Shown here one piece after another: positions 35,371-49,532 of a stretch of DNA of 64,000 bases. The stretch lies in assembly GCF_024502345.1 (NCBI RefSeq), contig NZ_JALDNN010000002.1; one strand, 5' to 3'. Position 1 is the first letter of the stretch. Each line of letters starts with the position of its first letter. The position numbers and the translations under genes are program-made. The DNA comes from Escherichia coli. GTDB taxonomy: Bacteria > Pseudomonadota > Gammaproteobacteria > Enterobacterales > Enterobacteriaceae. The notes under the pieces were generated by a model. The model did no database searches, was not told the origin of the DNA, and was given only the letters and a program-made list of their open reading frames with translations.

Positions 35371-36294
35371 ATGAATGCAAAAGTTTGGGTTCTGGGCGAC
35401 GCGGTGGTGGACCTGCTGCCGGAGAGCGAAGGGCGCCTGCTGCAGTGCCCTGGAGGCGCGCCGGCTAACGTGGCGGTAGGGGTTGCCCGCCTTGGCGGCA
35501 ACAGCGGATTTATCGGCCGCGTCGGCGGTGACCCGTTTGGCCGCTACATGCGTCATACCCTGCAACAGGAGCAGGTCGACGTCAGCCATATGTATCTCGA
35601 CGATCAGCACCGCACGTCCACTGTGGTCGTCGACCTTGACGACCAGGGGGAACGCACCTTTACCTTTATGGTACGCCCCAGCGCTGACCTGTTCCTGGCT
35701 GAAGAAGACCTGCCACAGTTTGCCGCCGGACAGTGGTTGCACATCTGCTCCATCGCGCTCAGCGCCGAGCCCAGCCGCAGTGCTACCTTCGCGGCTATGG
35801 AGAACATCAAACGTGCCGGTGGCCGGGTGAGCTTTGACCCTAATATCCGCCTGGATCTCTGGCAAGATCAGAACCTGTTGCACGCCTGTCTCGACCGCGC
35901 CCTGCGTCTGGCGAACGTGGTGAAACTGTCCGAAGAAGAGCTGATACTCATCAGCGGGAGTAATGATATCGCGCAGGGGATCGCCAGCATCACTGAGCGT
36001 TATCAGCCTGAATTACTGCTGGTGACTCAGGGTAAAGCGGGCGTCATCGCCGCATTCCAGCAGCAGTTTATCCATTTCAGCGCTAAACCGGTTGTCAGCG
36101 TGGATACCACCGGTGCGGGCGATGCGTTTGTCGCCGGACTGCTTGCCAGCCTTGCTGCCAACGGGATGCCGGCGGATATCAATGCCCTGGAGCCAACGCT
36201 CGCTCTGGCGCAAACCTGCGGTGCCCTGGCAACCCTGGCGAAAGGCGCGATGACTGCCCTGCCATACCAGCGCGATCTACACCGCCAGATTTGA
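35371..36294 (+). CDS. scrK: fructokinase ScrK
   Basis: 307 aa from ATG 35371 with GGAGGG RBS; ribokinase/pfkB-family motifs (...VDTTGAGDAFVAG...). Confidence 0.95.
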   Translation: MNAKVWVLGDAVVDLLPESEGRLLQCPGGAPANVAVGVARLGGNSGFIGRVGGDPFGRYMRHTLQQEQVDVSHMYLDDQHRTSTVVVDLDDQGERTFTFMVRPSADLFLAEEDLPQFAAGQWLHICSIALSAEPSRSATFAAMENIKRAGGRVSFDPNIRLDLWQDQNLLHACLDRALRLANVVKLSEEELILISGSNDIAQGIASITERYQPELLLVTQGKAGVIAAFQQQFIHFSAKPVVSVDTTGAGDAFVAGLLASLAANGMPADINALEPTLALAQTCGALATLAKGAMTALPYQRDLHRQI

Positions 36295-36344
36295 TCCTAA
36301 ATACCGTCGTACGCGGTCCACTTTGTTGCATCCATCACACTTAT

Positions 36345-36356
36345 TAAACCGGTTTA
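36345..36356. promoter_or_regulatory. candidate ScrR operator palindrome TAAACCGGTTTA (scrY promoter, site 1)
   Basis: Identical 12-bp palindrome. Confidence 0.6.
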
Positions 36357-36402
36357 GCAAAATCAATTTCAAAATGTTAAATGTCGTGCTTAACATTGCA
36401 AC

Positions 36403-37977
<1,575 letters not shown>

Positions 37978-38114
37978 TGGTTAACACCTGGCGACAGTAA
38001 CCGCCGGGGCGACAAAATACGTTTCGTCGCCCCGGACACAATAACAACGAAGAGAATGCGCTCCGGCTACCACGGGACGACAACTCGAAAATCAATACGC
38101 ATTCAGAGGGTACT

Positions 38115-39485
38115 ATGGATTTTGAACAGATTTCCCGCTCGCTACTTCCGCTTCTGGGAGGCAAGGAAAATATCGCCAGCGCCGCGCACTGTGCCACACG
38201 CCTGCGCCTGGTGCTGGTCGATGACTCACTGGCCGATCAGCAGGCCATCGGCAAAATTGATGGGGTGAAGGGCTGTTTCCGTAACGCCGGACAGATGCAG
38301 ATTATCTTCGGCACCGGGGTGGTGAACAAAGTCTACGCCGCCTTTATCCAGGCGGCAGGGATTGGCGAATCCAGCAAATCGGAAGCTGCCGACATTGCGG
38401 CGAAAAAACTGAATCCTTTCCAGCGCATTGCCCGCCTGTTGTCGAACATCTTTGTGCCGATCATCCCGGCTATCGTCGCCTCCGGCCTGTTGATGGGCCT
38501 TCTGGGGATGGTTAAAACGTACGGCTGGGTCGACCCGGGTAACGCCATCTACATCATGCTGGATATGTGCAGCTCGGCGGCATTTATCATTCTGCCGATT
38601 CTGATTGGCTTTACCGCCGCCCGCGAGTTCGGTGGTAATCCTTATCTTGGCGCGACGCTTGGCGGCATCCTGACTCACCCGGCGCTCACCAACGCCTGGG
38701 GTGTGGCCGCCGGTTTCCACACCATGAACTTCTTCGGCCTTGAGATTGCCATGATCGGCTATCAGGGCACGGTGTTCCCGGTGCTGCTGGCGGTGTGGTT
38801 TATGAGCATCGTTGAGAAACAGCTGCGTCGCGTGATCCCCGATGCACTGGATCTGATCCTGACGCCGTTCCTGACGGTGATCATTTCCGGTTTTATCGCC
38901 CTGCTGATTATCGGCCCGGCTGGTCGCGCGCTTGGCGACGGTATTTCGTTTGTCCTTAGCACCCTGATTACCCACGCCGGTTGGCTGGCCGGACTGCTGT
39001 TTGGCGGTCTCTATTCGGTTATCGTCATTACCGGTATTCACCACAGCTTCCACGCCATCGAAGCGGGACTGCTGGGCAACCCATCCATCGGCGTCAACTT
39101 CCTGCTGCCGATTTGGGCGATGGCCAACGTCGCTCAGGGCGGTGCTTGTCTGGCGGTGTGGTTCAAAACGAAAGATGCCAAAATCAAAGCCATTACCCTG
39201 CCCTCGGCGTTTTCTGCCATGCTCGGCATCACCGAAGCGGCGATTTTTGGTATTAACTTACGCTTTGTAAAACCGTTTATCGCAGCCCTGATTGGCGGCG
39301 CGGTGGGCGGCGCGTGGGTGGTATCCATGCATGTTTACATGACCGCGGTGGGCCTGACGGCTATCCCTGGCATGGCTATCGTGCAGGCCAGCTCGCTGCT
39401 GAACTACATTATCGGGATGGTTATCGCCTTTGGCGTCGCCTTTGTCGTCTCCCTGGTACTGAAATACAAAACGGACGCTGAATAA
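38115..39485 (+). CDS. scrA: PTS sucrose-specific EIIBC component ScrA
   Basis: 456 aa; EIIB cysteine motif ...ASAAHCATRLRL... and polytopic EIIC domain. Confidence 0.95.
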   Translation: MDFEQISRSLLPLLGGKENIASAAHCATRLRLVLVDDSLADQQAIGKIDGVKGCFRNAGQMQIIFGTGVVNKVYAAFIQAAGIGESSKSEAADIAAKKLNPFQRIARLLSNIFVPIIPAIVASGLLMGLLGMVKTYGWVDPGNAIYIMLDMCSSAAFIILPILIGFTAAREFGGNPYLGATLGGILTHPALTNAWGVAAGFHTMNFFGLEIAMIGYQGTVFPVLLAVWFMSIVEKQLRRVIPDALDLILTPFLTVIISGFIALLIIGPAGRALGDGISFVLSTLITHAGWLAGLLFGGLYSVIVITGIHHSFHAIEAGLLGNPSIGVNFLLPIWAMANVAQGGACLAVWFKTKDAKIKAITLPSAFSAMLGITEAAIFGINLRFVKPFIAALIGGAVGGAWVVSMHVYMTAVGLTAIPGMAIVQASSLLNYIIGMVIAFGVAFVVSLVLKYKTDAE

Positions 39486-40885
39486 TGTCACATCCATCAC
39501 GCCTGCCTGCGATTTTGCAGGCTGTTATGCAGGGCCAGCCGCGCGCGCTGGCCGACAGCCACTATCCCCGCTGGCACCATGCGCCGGTGACCGGGCTGAT
39601 GAACGATCCCAACGGCTTTATTGAATTTGCCGGACGTTATCACCTGTTTTATCAGTGGAACCCGCTCGCCTGCGATCATAAGTTCAAGTGCTGGGGGCAC
39701 TGGAGCTCTGCCGACCTGCTGCACTGGCAACATGAGCCGATCGCGCTCATGCCGGATGAAGAGTATGACCGCAACGGCTGCTACTCCGGAAGCGCCGTGG
39801 ATAGTCAGGGCACGCTCACCCTGTGCTATACCGGCAACGTAAAATTTGACGACGGCAGCCGAACCGCGTGGCAGTGCCTGGCGACGGAAAATGCCGACGG
39901 CACGTTTACCAAACTCGGCCCGGTATTACCGCTGCCGGAGGGCTATACCGGCCACGTGCGTGACCCGAAAGTCTGGCAGCACGAAGGTCGCTGGTACATG
40001 GTGCTGGGCGCACAGGATTTGCAAAAGCGTGGCAAGGTGTTGTTATTCAGCTCAGCGGACCTTCATGAGTGGACGAGTCAGGGCGAAATCGCCGGTTATG
40101 GCATCAATGGCCTGGACGACGCGGGCTATATGTGGGAATGCCCGGACCTGTTTGCCCTCGGCGACCAGCATATTCTAATCTGCTGTCCGCAGGGGATTGC
40201 CCGTGAGGAAGAGTGCTACCTGAACACCTACCCGGCAGTATGGATGGCGGGCGAGTTTGATTACGCTGCTGGCGCTTTCAGACACGGCGAACTGCACGAA
40301 CTGGACGCCGGGTTTGAGTTCTACGCCCCGCAAACCATGCTTACCAGTGATGGCCGTCGTCTGCTGGTCGGCTGGATGGGCGTGCCGGAGGGCGAAGAGA
40401 TGCTTCAGCCGACCCTGAACAACGGCTGGATCCATCAGATGACCTGCCTGCGTGAGCTGGAGTTTATCAACGGTCAGCTCTATCAGCGTCCGCTACGGGA
40501 ACTGAGCGCCCTGCGCGGTGAAGCGAACGGCTGGTCGGGGAACGCCCTGCCGCTGGCACCGATGGAAATCGATTTGCAAACCCGCGGGGGCGATATGTTG
40601 AGCCTCGATTTTGGCGGCGTATTAACCCTTGAGTGCGATGCCAGCGGACTCCGCCTGGCCCGACGCAGTCTCGCCAGTGACGAGATGCATTATCGTTACT
40701 GGCGCGGAAACGTCCGCTCGCTGCGTGTTTTCATCGACCAGTCGAGCGTGGAGATTTTCATAAACGGCGGTGAAGGGGTGATGAGCAGCCGCTACTTCCC
40801 GGCCTGCTCCGGTCAGCTAACATTCTTCGGCATCACGCCGGACGCATTCTGCTACTGGCCGCTGCGAACTTGCATGGTAGAATAA
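39485..40885 (+). CDS. scrB: sucrose-6-phosphate hydrolase ScrB (GH32)
   Basis: 466 aa; GH32 motifs ...GLMNDPNGF..., ...WECPD... Confidence 0.95.
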
Positions 40886-40914
40886 GCGTTTTGCTTCAGG
40901 CTCATGGCGTCGTA

Positions 40915-41919
40915 ATGAAAACCAAACGCGTAACCATTAAAGATATAGCCGAACAGGCTGGCGTCTCCAAAGCGACCGCCAGCTTGGTACTGAATGGTCG
41001 TGGCAAGGAGCTGCGCGTGGCGCAGGAAACGCGTGAGCGCGTACTGTCGATTGCCCGTAAGCATCACTATCAGCCAAGCATTCATGCCCGCTCGCTGCGC
41101 AACAACCGCAGCCACACCATCGGGCTGGTGGTGCCGGAGATCACCAACCACGGCTTTGCGGTCTTTGCCCATGAGCTGGAGATGCTGTGCCGCGAGGCGG
41201 GCGTCCAGCTGTTGATCTCTTGTACTGATGAAAACCCCGGTCAGGAGAGCGTGGTGGTCAATAATATGATTGCCCGCCAGGTCGACGGGATGATCGTCGC
41301 TTCCTGTATGCACAACGATGCCGACTATCTCAAACTCAGCCAACAGCTGCCAGTGGTGCTGTTTGACCGGTGCCCCAATGAAAGCGCGCTGCCGCTGGTA
41401 ATGACCGATTCGATTACCCCAACGGCGGAACTGATTTCCCGCATCGCGCCTCAGCATAGCGATGAGTTCTGGTTTTTAGGCGGTCAGGCGCGTCTGTCGC
41501 CCTCCCGCGATCGTCTGACCGGGTTCACGCAGGGTTTGGCTCAGGCGGGTATTGCCCTGCGCCCGGAATGGGTGATCAACGGCAATTACCACCCCAGCTC
41601 CGGCTATGAGATGTTTGCCGCACTCTGCGCGCGCCTTGGGCGGCCGCCTAAGGCGCTATTCACCGCCGCCTGCGGGCTGCTCGAAGGGGTTCTGCGCTAT
41701 ATGAGCCAGCACCATTTACTCGATTCCGATATTCATCTGACGAGCTTTGACGATCACTATCTTTATGATTCGCTGTCGCTGCGTATCGACACTGTCCAGC
41801 AGGATAATCGCCAGCTGGCCTGGCACTGCTACGATCTGATAAGCCAGCTGATCGAGGGCGATACGCCCGAAACGCTACAACGCTACCTGCCCGCAACGCT
41901 GCAGTTTCGGCATCAGTAA
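40915..41919 (+). CDS. scrR: LacI-family sucrose repressor ScrR
   Basis: 334 aa from ATG 40915 ([28 protein letters not shown]...); the longer track ORF is an upstream over-extension. Confidence 0.9.
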
Positions 41920-42302
41920 TAACTGAGTATTTTTGAATAGCGACGCTGGATGCCGATTGGTCTGAACGGCCCGGCGATCGCCGGGCATACCATTGGCGCC
42001 GGCATCGTGCTGGTAACGACCATATTAGGGCGTTTGAGCAGTTGCCTGGCCTCACGCAGGGAGACTGGATTAACTGACCGCTGACAAAATGCCTGACAAT
42101 GACAGTCCGTTTTGTGCCAGATATAGTCATTCACACCCTGAGAGTTACACTTTTAAGTGATTCAGGGTATGCGCTTATTGGTTACGAATATTGTGCCAGA
42201 ATCATGTGATTCGATGATTGCCGCTTTGCTTTCGAGCCAGTAAGTGCTCCACGTTCGCTAACGAATACTCAGGGCATGCAGAAAAACGGTAATGACTCCA
42301 AC

Positions 42303-42806
42303 TTATTGATAGTGTTTTATGTTCAGATAATGCCCGATGACTTTGTCATGCAGCTCCACCGATTTTGAGAACGACAGCGACTTCCGTCCCAGCCGTGCCA
42401 GGTGCTGCCTCAGATTCAGGTTATGCCGCTCAATTCGCTGCGTATATCGCTTGCTGATTACGTGCAGCTTTCCCTTCAGGCGGGATTCATACAGCGGCCA
42501 GCCATCCGTCATCCATATCACCACGTCAAAGGGTGACAGCAGGCTCATAAGACGCCCCAGCGTCGCCATAGTGCGTTCACCGAATACGTGCGCAACAACC
42601 GTCTTCCGGAGCCTGTCATACGCGTAAAACAGCCAGCGCTGGCGCGATTTAGCCCCGACGTATCCCCACTGTTCGTCCATTTCCGCGCAGACGATGACGT
42701 CACTGCCCGGCTGTATGCGCGAGGTTACCGACTGCGGCCTGAGTTTTTTAAATGGCGGAAAATCGTGTTGAGGCCAACGCCCATAATGCGGGCGGTTGCC
42801 CGGCAT
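42303..42806 (-). CDS. insB: IS1 InsB
   Basis: 167-aa ORF. Confidence 0.9.
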   Translation of the reverse strand: MPGNRPHYGRWPQHDFPPFKKLRPQSVTSRIQPGSDVIVCAEMDEQWGYVGAKSRQRWLFYAYDRLRKTVVAHVFGERTMATLGRLMSLLSPFDVVIWMTDGWPLYESRLKGKLHVISKRYTQRIERHNLNLRQHLARLGRKSLSFSKSVELHDKVIGHYLNIKHYQ

Positions 42807-43000
42807 CCAACGCCATTCATGGCCATATCAATGATTTTCTGGTGCGTACCGGGTTGAGAAGCGGTGTAAGTGAACTGCAGTTGCCATGTTTTACGGCAGT
42901 GAGAGCAGAGATAGCGCTGATGTCCGGCGGTGCTTTTGCCGTTACGCACCACCCCGTCAGTAGCTGAACAGGAGGGACAGCTGATAGAAACAGAAGCCAC
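42725..43000 (-). CDS. insA: IS1 InsA
   Basis: 91-aa [25 protein letters not shown]... Confidence 0.95.
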   Translation of the reverse strand: MASVSISCPSCSATDGVVRNGKSTAGHQRYLCSHCRKTWQLQFTYTASQPGTHQKIIDMAMNGVGCRATARIMGVGLNTIFRHLKNSGRSR

Positions 43001-43073
43001 TGGAGCACCTCAAAAACACCATCATACACTAAATCAGTAAGTTGGCAGCATCACCCCCGGTAATGACTCCAAC

Positions 43074-43577
43074 TTATTGATAGTGTTTTATGTTCAGATA
43101 ATGCCCGATGACTTTGTCATGCAGCTCCACCGATTTTGAGAACGACAGCGACTTCCGTCCCAGCCGTGCCAGGTGCTGCCTCAGATTCAGGTTATGCCGC
43201 TCAATTCGCTGCGTATATCGCTTGCTGATTACGTGCAGCTTTCCCTTCAGGCGGGATTCATACAGCGGCCAGCCATCCGTCATCCATATCACCACGTCAA
43301 AGGGTGACAGCAGGCTCATAAGACGCCCCAGCGTCGCCATAGTGCGTTCACCGAATACGTGCGCAACAACCGTCTTCCGGAGCCTGTCATACGCGTAAAA
43401 CAGCCAGCGCTGGCGCGATTTAGCCCCGACGTATCCCCACTGTTCGTCCATTTCCGCGCAGACGATGACGTCACTGCCCGGCTGTATGCGCGAGGTTACC
43501 GACTGCGGCCTGAGTTTTTTAAATGGCGGAAAATCGTGTTGAGGCCAACGCCCATAATGCGGGCGGTTGCCCGGCAT
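43074..43577 (-). CDS. insB: IS1 InsB
   Basis: 167-aa ORF identical to copy c in the track. Confidence 0.9.
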   Translation of the reverse strand: MPGNRPHYGRWPQHDFPPFKKLRPQSVTSRIQPGSDVIVCAEMDEQWGYVGAKSRQRWLFYAYDRLRKTVVAHVFGERTMATLGRLMSLLSPFDVVIWMTDGWPLYESRLKGKLHVISKRYTQRIERHNLNLRQHLARLGRKSLSFSKSVELHDKVIGHYLNIKHYQ

Positions 43578-43771
43578 CCAACGCCATTCATGGCCATATC
43601 AATGATTTTCTGGTGCGTACCGGGTTGAGAAGCGGTGTAAGTGAACTGCAGTTGCCATGTTTTACGGCAGTGAGAGCAGAGATAGCGCTGATGTCCGGCA
43701 GTGCTTTTGCCGTTACGCACCACCCCGTCAGTAGCTGAACAGGAGGGACAGCTGATAGAAACAGAAGCCAC
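43496..43771 (-). CDS. insA: IS1 InsA
   Basis: 91-aa ORF identical to copy c. Confidence 0.95.
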   Translation of the reverse strand: MASVSISCPSCSATDGVVRNGKSTAGHQRYLCSHCRKTWQLQFTYTASQPGTHQKIIDMAMNGVGCRATARIMGVGLNTIFRHLKNSGRSR

Positions 43772-43807
43772 TGGAGCACCTCAAAAACACCATCATACAC
43801 TAAATCA

Positions 43808-44805
<998 letters not shown>

Positions 44806-44830
44806 TTAGTTTGATCGACTTTAGCCATAT

Positions 44831-45633
44831 TCAATAATCCTTCAAGAGCACTTTATTTGCCAAAGTATTGAACACATCCTGACGGTGGCATGTAAACATA
44901 GTGTCGTAACGCAGTAATTCCATTAAAACGTCACTAACTTTACCCAAACGAATATCGGCAGATATTTCGTATGCCCAAGCAAATACCTTTGATTTTAGCG
45001 TAGCACTGTCATCCCCCAGACCTGGCGTAAAGGGAATTGTTCGTGGAAAGAGAACGACATCATTAATTAATTTAAGTGATGACATCCCGACATCTTTTAT
45101 TGCCTCCACGGTGGTAGGTTTTAATCCAAAAAAGATACTAACAAACTCAGGTGCAAGCATTGACATAAAGAAAACTTGCATTAAGTAATCATTTTGAATG
45201 TCTACACACTTAGAACGTAGTTGCTGAATTTTTCTCGGATTATAAAATTCCTCCTGCCCGCTGAGCAAAGTTACTTTTTCACCTTCATTGTAAATGCCGA
45301 AGTCAGTATCTTCACTGTCATATTCTCGAATGACGTTAGTGTCGCCATCAACTACAGCTACAAAGAATTTGTCCCAAGAGATCTCTTTACTTAAAGAACG
45401 AGGAACGAGGAAGCTTCCTGGCCGAGTTTCAACTTCAAATGCATTATCAATCATAGCTCCAAATCCATTACCAAATAGTCGGCGTTGGAGGAGTGGTGAT
45501 CCAGTTTGATACTTAGAAGATCCATGAAGAGGCAATAACATTAAGAAGGCACGGTAACTACGAATAATCGAAATCTCGGTACGTAATAGTTTACCGAGTA
45601 AGTTACGCGTGATGTTATCTGATTCTGACATGT
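44831..45633 (-). CDS. hypothetical protein (267 aa), no recognised family
   Basis: ATG at 45633 preceded by AAGGA RBS; long ORF with coding-like composition; possible D...E-x-K segment (...FVAVVDGD...NEGEKV...). Confidence 0.6.
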
Positions 45634-45954
45634 GCGGATTGTCCTTGCGCCAATACAATTGTACGAATCTTCTACATGAAATTAAGGTCTGGATTCTGAA
45701 GGATGAAAAGTAACTTTTGGAATTTTAATACTGCCGCTTTGAACCTTAAAACTAACCTTTCAGCCATTACCCATACTTGTAACACTTTTTAACCAAACTA
45801 ACCAGAATTTTATCAAAAAACCCTGACCTTGCTAACGAAATGTGAACCGTATAAAAAAACCTCAAAGCCTGAGTCGTTATCGGCATTAAGTAGCAATAAC
45901 CTTAGGGAAAAATGCGCGTAAGCATGATTATTTTTTCGATTGTTTAACATGACT

Positions 45955-46130
45955 ACTACATAGGGTCACTTTTTGCTGAAAAGTGGCCCTATGCACCATC
46001 GACATAGGGTCACTTCTTGATGAAAAGTGACCCTATGTAATCACGACATAGGGTCACTTTTTTTAAAAGTGGCACTATGCGTCAAAATCATAGGGTCACT
46101 TTCCTTTAAAAAGTGGCACTAGATAGATGT
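45955..46130. repeat. array of four imperfect ~35-bp palindromes (CATAGGGTCACTTTT ... AAAAGTGaCCCTATG) at about 44-bp spacing
   Basis: Directly visible; lies between the divergent 267-aa gene and the 46389 operon. Confidence 0.9.
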
Positions 46131-46388
46131 ATAACTTAGTAGGTAAAACAGTTCTTTTCAGATCACGATCTCAGCAATAAGCATTGCTGGAAAAGTTACT
46201 TTTCTTCCACGATAAAATGCGGACCTTTTGGCCGTTCCCGTTTACATCTGATGTCACTCACTCTCAGTGCTTCCTCCATTCTTAAATTTGCCATGCAAAA
46301 TTCTCGAAAAAATTCACAGAAAAAAGTCCCGTTCGTGAAAAAAAATTGAAAATCACTTCGGTATAGTGATTTCACATCAGGAGGCCCC

Positions 46389-46874
46389 ATGTCTAAATCG
46401 AAGCTATTAAAGTCATTAGAGATTTCACGTACTTTATTGCGCTCACAAATCGATGTTCTTCGAGAAGAGGCTGAAGAACTGATCACCAATTATTGGATCG
46501 AGTGGAAAGAACGGAATCACATTGAGAGGAATTTACCCAGGGATAGCAAAACTCTAAAGAAGGAGTATCTGGGTTCATATGCACCAAAAGTTGAGCTAAT
46601 TGGTAATGCCAGGAAAGTCACCATTACCTGGCATCAGTTTAGCCCGTATAAAAACAGGCCACCTAGTCACATGTCGAAACGGATTTCACCGATGAAAAGT
46701 GGAAAATATACGAAAAGCTGCTTTGTTAATCATGCCAGCTGGGAATATGAAATGATTGAAAAAACGGAGGGATTACTGGAACCCTACAGAGAATTACTTG
46801 AGTTCTACCATGCTGCATATATCGAACTGGGACGAAAAGTCCGTCAATACTCAAAATCAGAGGTGGCACAATGA
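46389..46874 (+). CDS. hypothetical protein (161 aa)
   Basis: AGGAGG RBS 7 bp upstream; no recognised family. Confidence 0.6.
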   Translation: MSKSKLLKSLEISRTLLRSQIDVLREEAEELITNYWIEWKERNHIERNLPRDSKTLKKEYLGSYAPKVELIGNARKVTITWHQFSPYKNRPPSHMSKRISPMKSGKYTKSCFVNHASWEYEMIEKTEGLLEPYRELLEFYHAAYIELGRKVRQYSKSEVAQ

Positions 46875-47189
46875 CCGATGTAACAATGAATGAAAGCGAG
46901 CATAAGGTACCTGACGTAAATACCCGCTCCCCTCATGCGTCCGATAATAGCCGTAGGGTCGTGCAAAGTAAAAATGAACATTACGGCATGGCTACAGTAA
47001 CTATTACCCCAGGCACGCCAGACTTTAACCGATTTCTCACGGCACGTAATCGTTCCGTAATAAGAGGGTTTGATGATGTCAGTATTGCCATTTCATCCTT
47101 ATTCAGAACGGTCAATGCAGTTAAGCACCCCGAACTAGTGCAGGCAATTCAAGACTGGTTCAATGAATTGCACGAAGAAAATAATCTAA
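46871..47189 (+). CDS. hypothetical protein, 3' end disrupted or capped by ISKpn26 copy E
   Basis: Start overlaps upstream stop (ATGA); frame runs into the IS left end at 47190. Confidence 0.5.
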
Positions 47190-48385
<1,196 letters not shown>

Positions 48386-48472
48386 ATAGCTAAACATGAT
48401 TTCCCCATCAAACAGTAAGTCGTGTCAATTCCTAGAGTTAACACATTTCTGATCATGACTCACACGTTACGT

Positions 48473-48709
48473 TCAGTCGGTAGCCATCTGTGCAAAAAAT
48501 GCGCTTAGCGTAGGATAATTTCCTTTTTCCAAGCGGACCCCATGAACATCTTCCGGACTGCAATGTTGAAGCCTGAGCCAGCGAAGAATATTTTCAACTG
48601 AATGTCTGTTATTCTGGATGTTACGGGTTTTTATGCGTCCTTTGATACCGTCATAAAGCATGCAAAGATCCAGGTTTTTTTTACTTACGTCAATGCCGAC
48701 TGGAAACAT
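48473..48709 (-). pseudogene. IS110-family transposase N-terminal fragment
   Basis: MFPVGIDVSKKNLDLCMLYDG... Confidence 0.6.
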
Positions 48710-48939
48710 GGTCAAACTCCTCTCACATAAACCGTCACGCCTGTTCGCCTTGTACATACGGAGTCGAGCTCCCGGTAACCGTTCAACCTGATGTGCTGGC
48801 GTGAAAGGTGAAGCGGAGGGCCATGTGCTGCAAATCAAGGTTCAGCGGTGCCGACTTTTCTGACCTTAAGGGAAGGGGGCAGCTCACTCTGCTTCAGTGG
48901 TGGTAGCTAATCACCACAAACTGTTAGATACAAGCCACC

Positions 48940-49329
48940 GTGGCGGATGTCACCCAGGTCGACAAGCTGCTGCACGGCGACGAGAACGTCGTCTGCGCCG
49001 ATGACGGTTACACAGGCGTCGAAAAGCGCTCCGGGCATGCCGACCGAGAAGTGATCTGGCAGGTCGCAGCACGCCGCAGCACCTACAAGATGCTCGATAA
49101 ACGCAGCGCCCTGTACAAAGCCAAGCGCAAGATCGAGAAGGCCAAGGCGCAAGTGCGAGCGAAGGTAGAGCCCCCGTTTCGCGTGATCAAGCGGCAGTTC
49201 GGCTACACCAAGGTACATTTCCGAGGGCTGGTGAGGAACACTGCACAACTGGTGACGCTGTTTGCCCTGTCGAACCTATGGATGGCCCGCCGACATTTGC
49301 TGGCAAGCGCAGGAGAGGTGCGCCTGTAA
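48940..49329 (+). pseudogene. C-terminal fragment of an IS5-family (DDE) transposase
   Basis: ...VEPPFRVIKRQFGYTKVHFRGLVRNTAQLVTLFALSNLWMARRHL... mirrors the IS5-family C-terminal block. Confidence 0.6.
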
Positions 49330-49494
49330 TTCGGAAAATGGCCGTCGCAAGGTGCTCGCGACGGCTGAAAGCACCGAAATGAGCGGGTGATCCGATCGTT
49401 TTTGATCGGTTCACCGCTTTCAAAATCAGCAGTGGCTGAAGTCAGCCGGAAATACAGGGCTACTTCAGACCATCCCTAGCTAGGGCTCGTAGTT

Positions 49495-49532
49495 GGGGTC
49501 GGTTCCGGCTGAGGGCGAAATGACACCCTAAG
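49495..49532. repeat. Tn3-family 38-bp terminal IR (GGGGTCGGTTCCGGCTGAGGGCGAAATGACACCCTAAG) overlapping tnpA stop
   Basis: GGGG...CTAAG architecture with the tnpA stop codon inside the IR. Confidence 0.7.

Larger units (their letters stand above)
42288..43055 (-). mobile_element. IS1 copy c (768 bp)
   Basis: IS1 ends ggtaatgactccaac... / ...gttggcagcatcacc. Confidence 0.95.
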
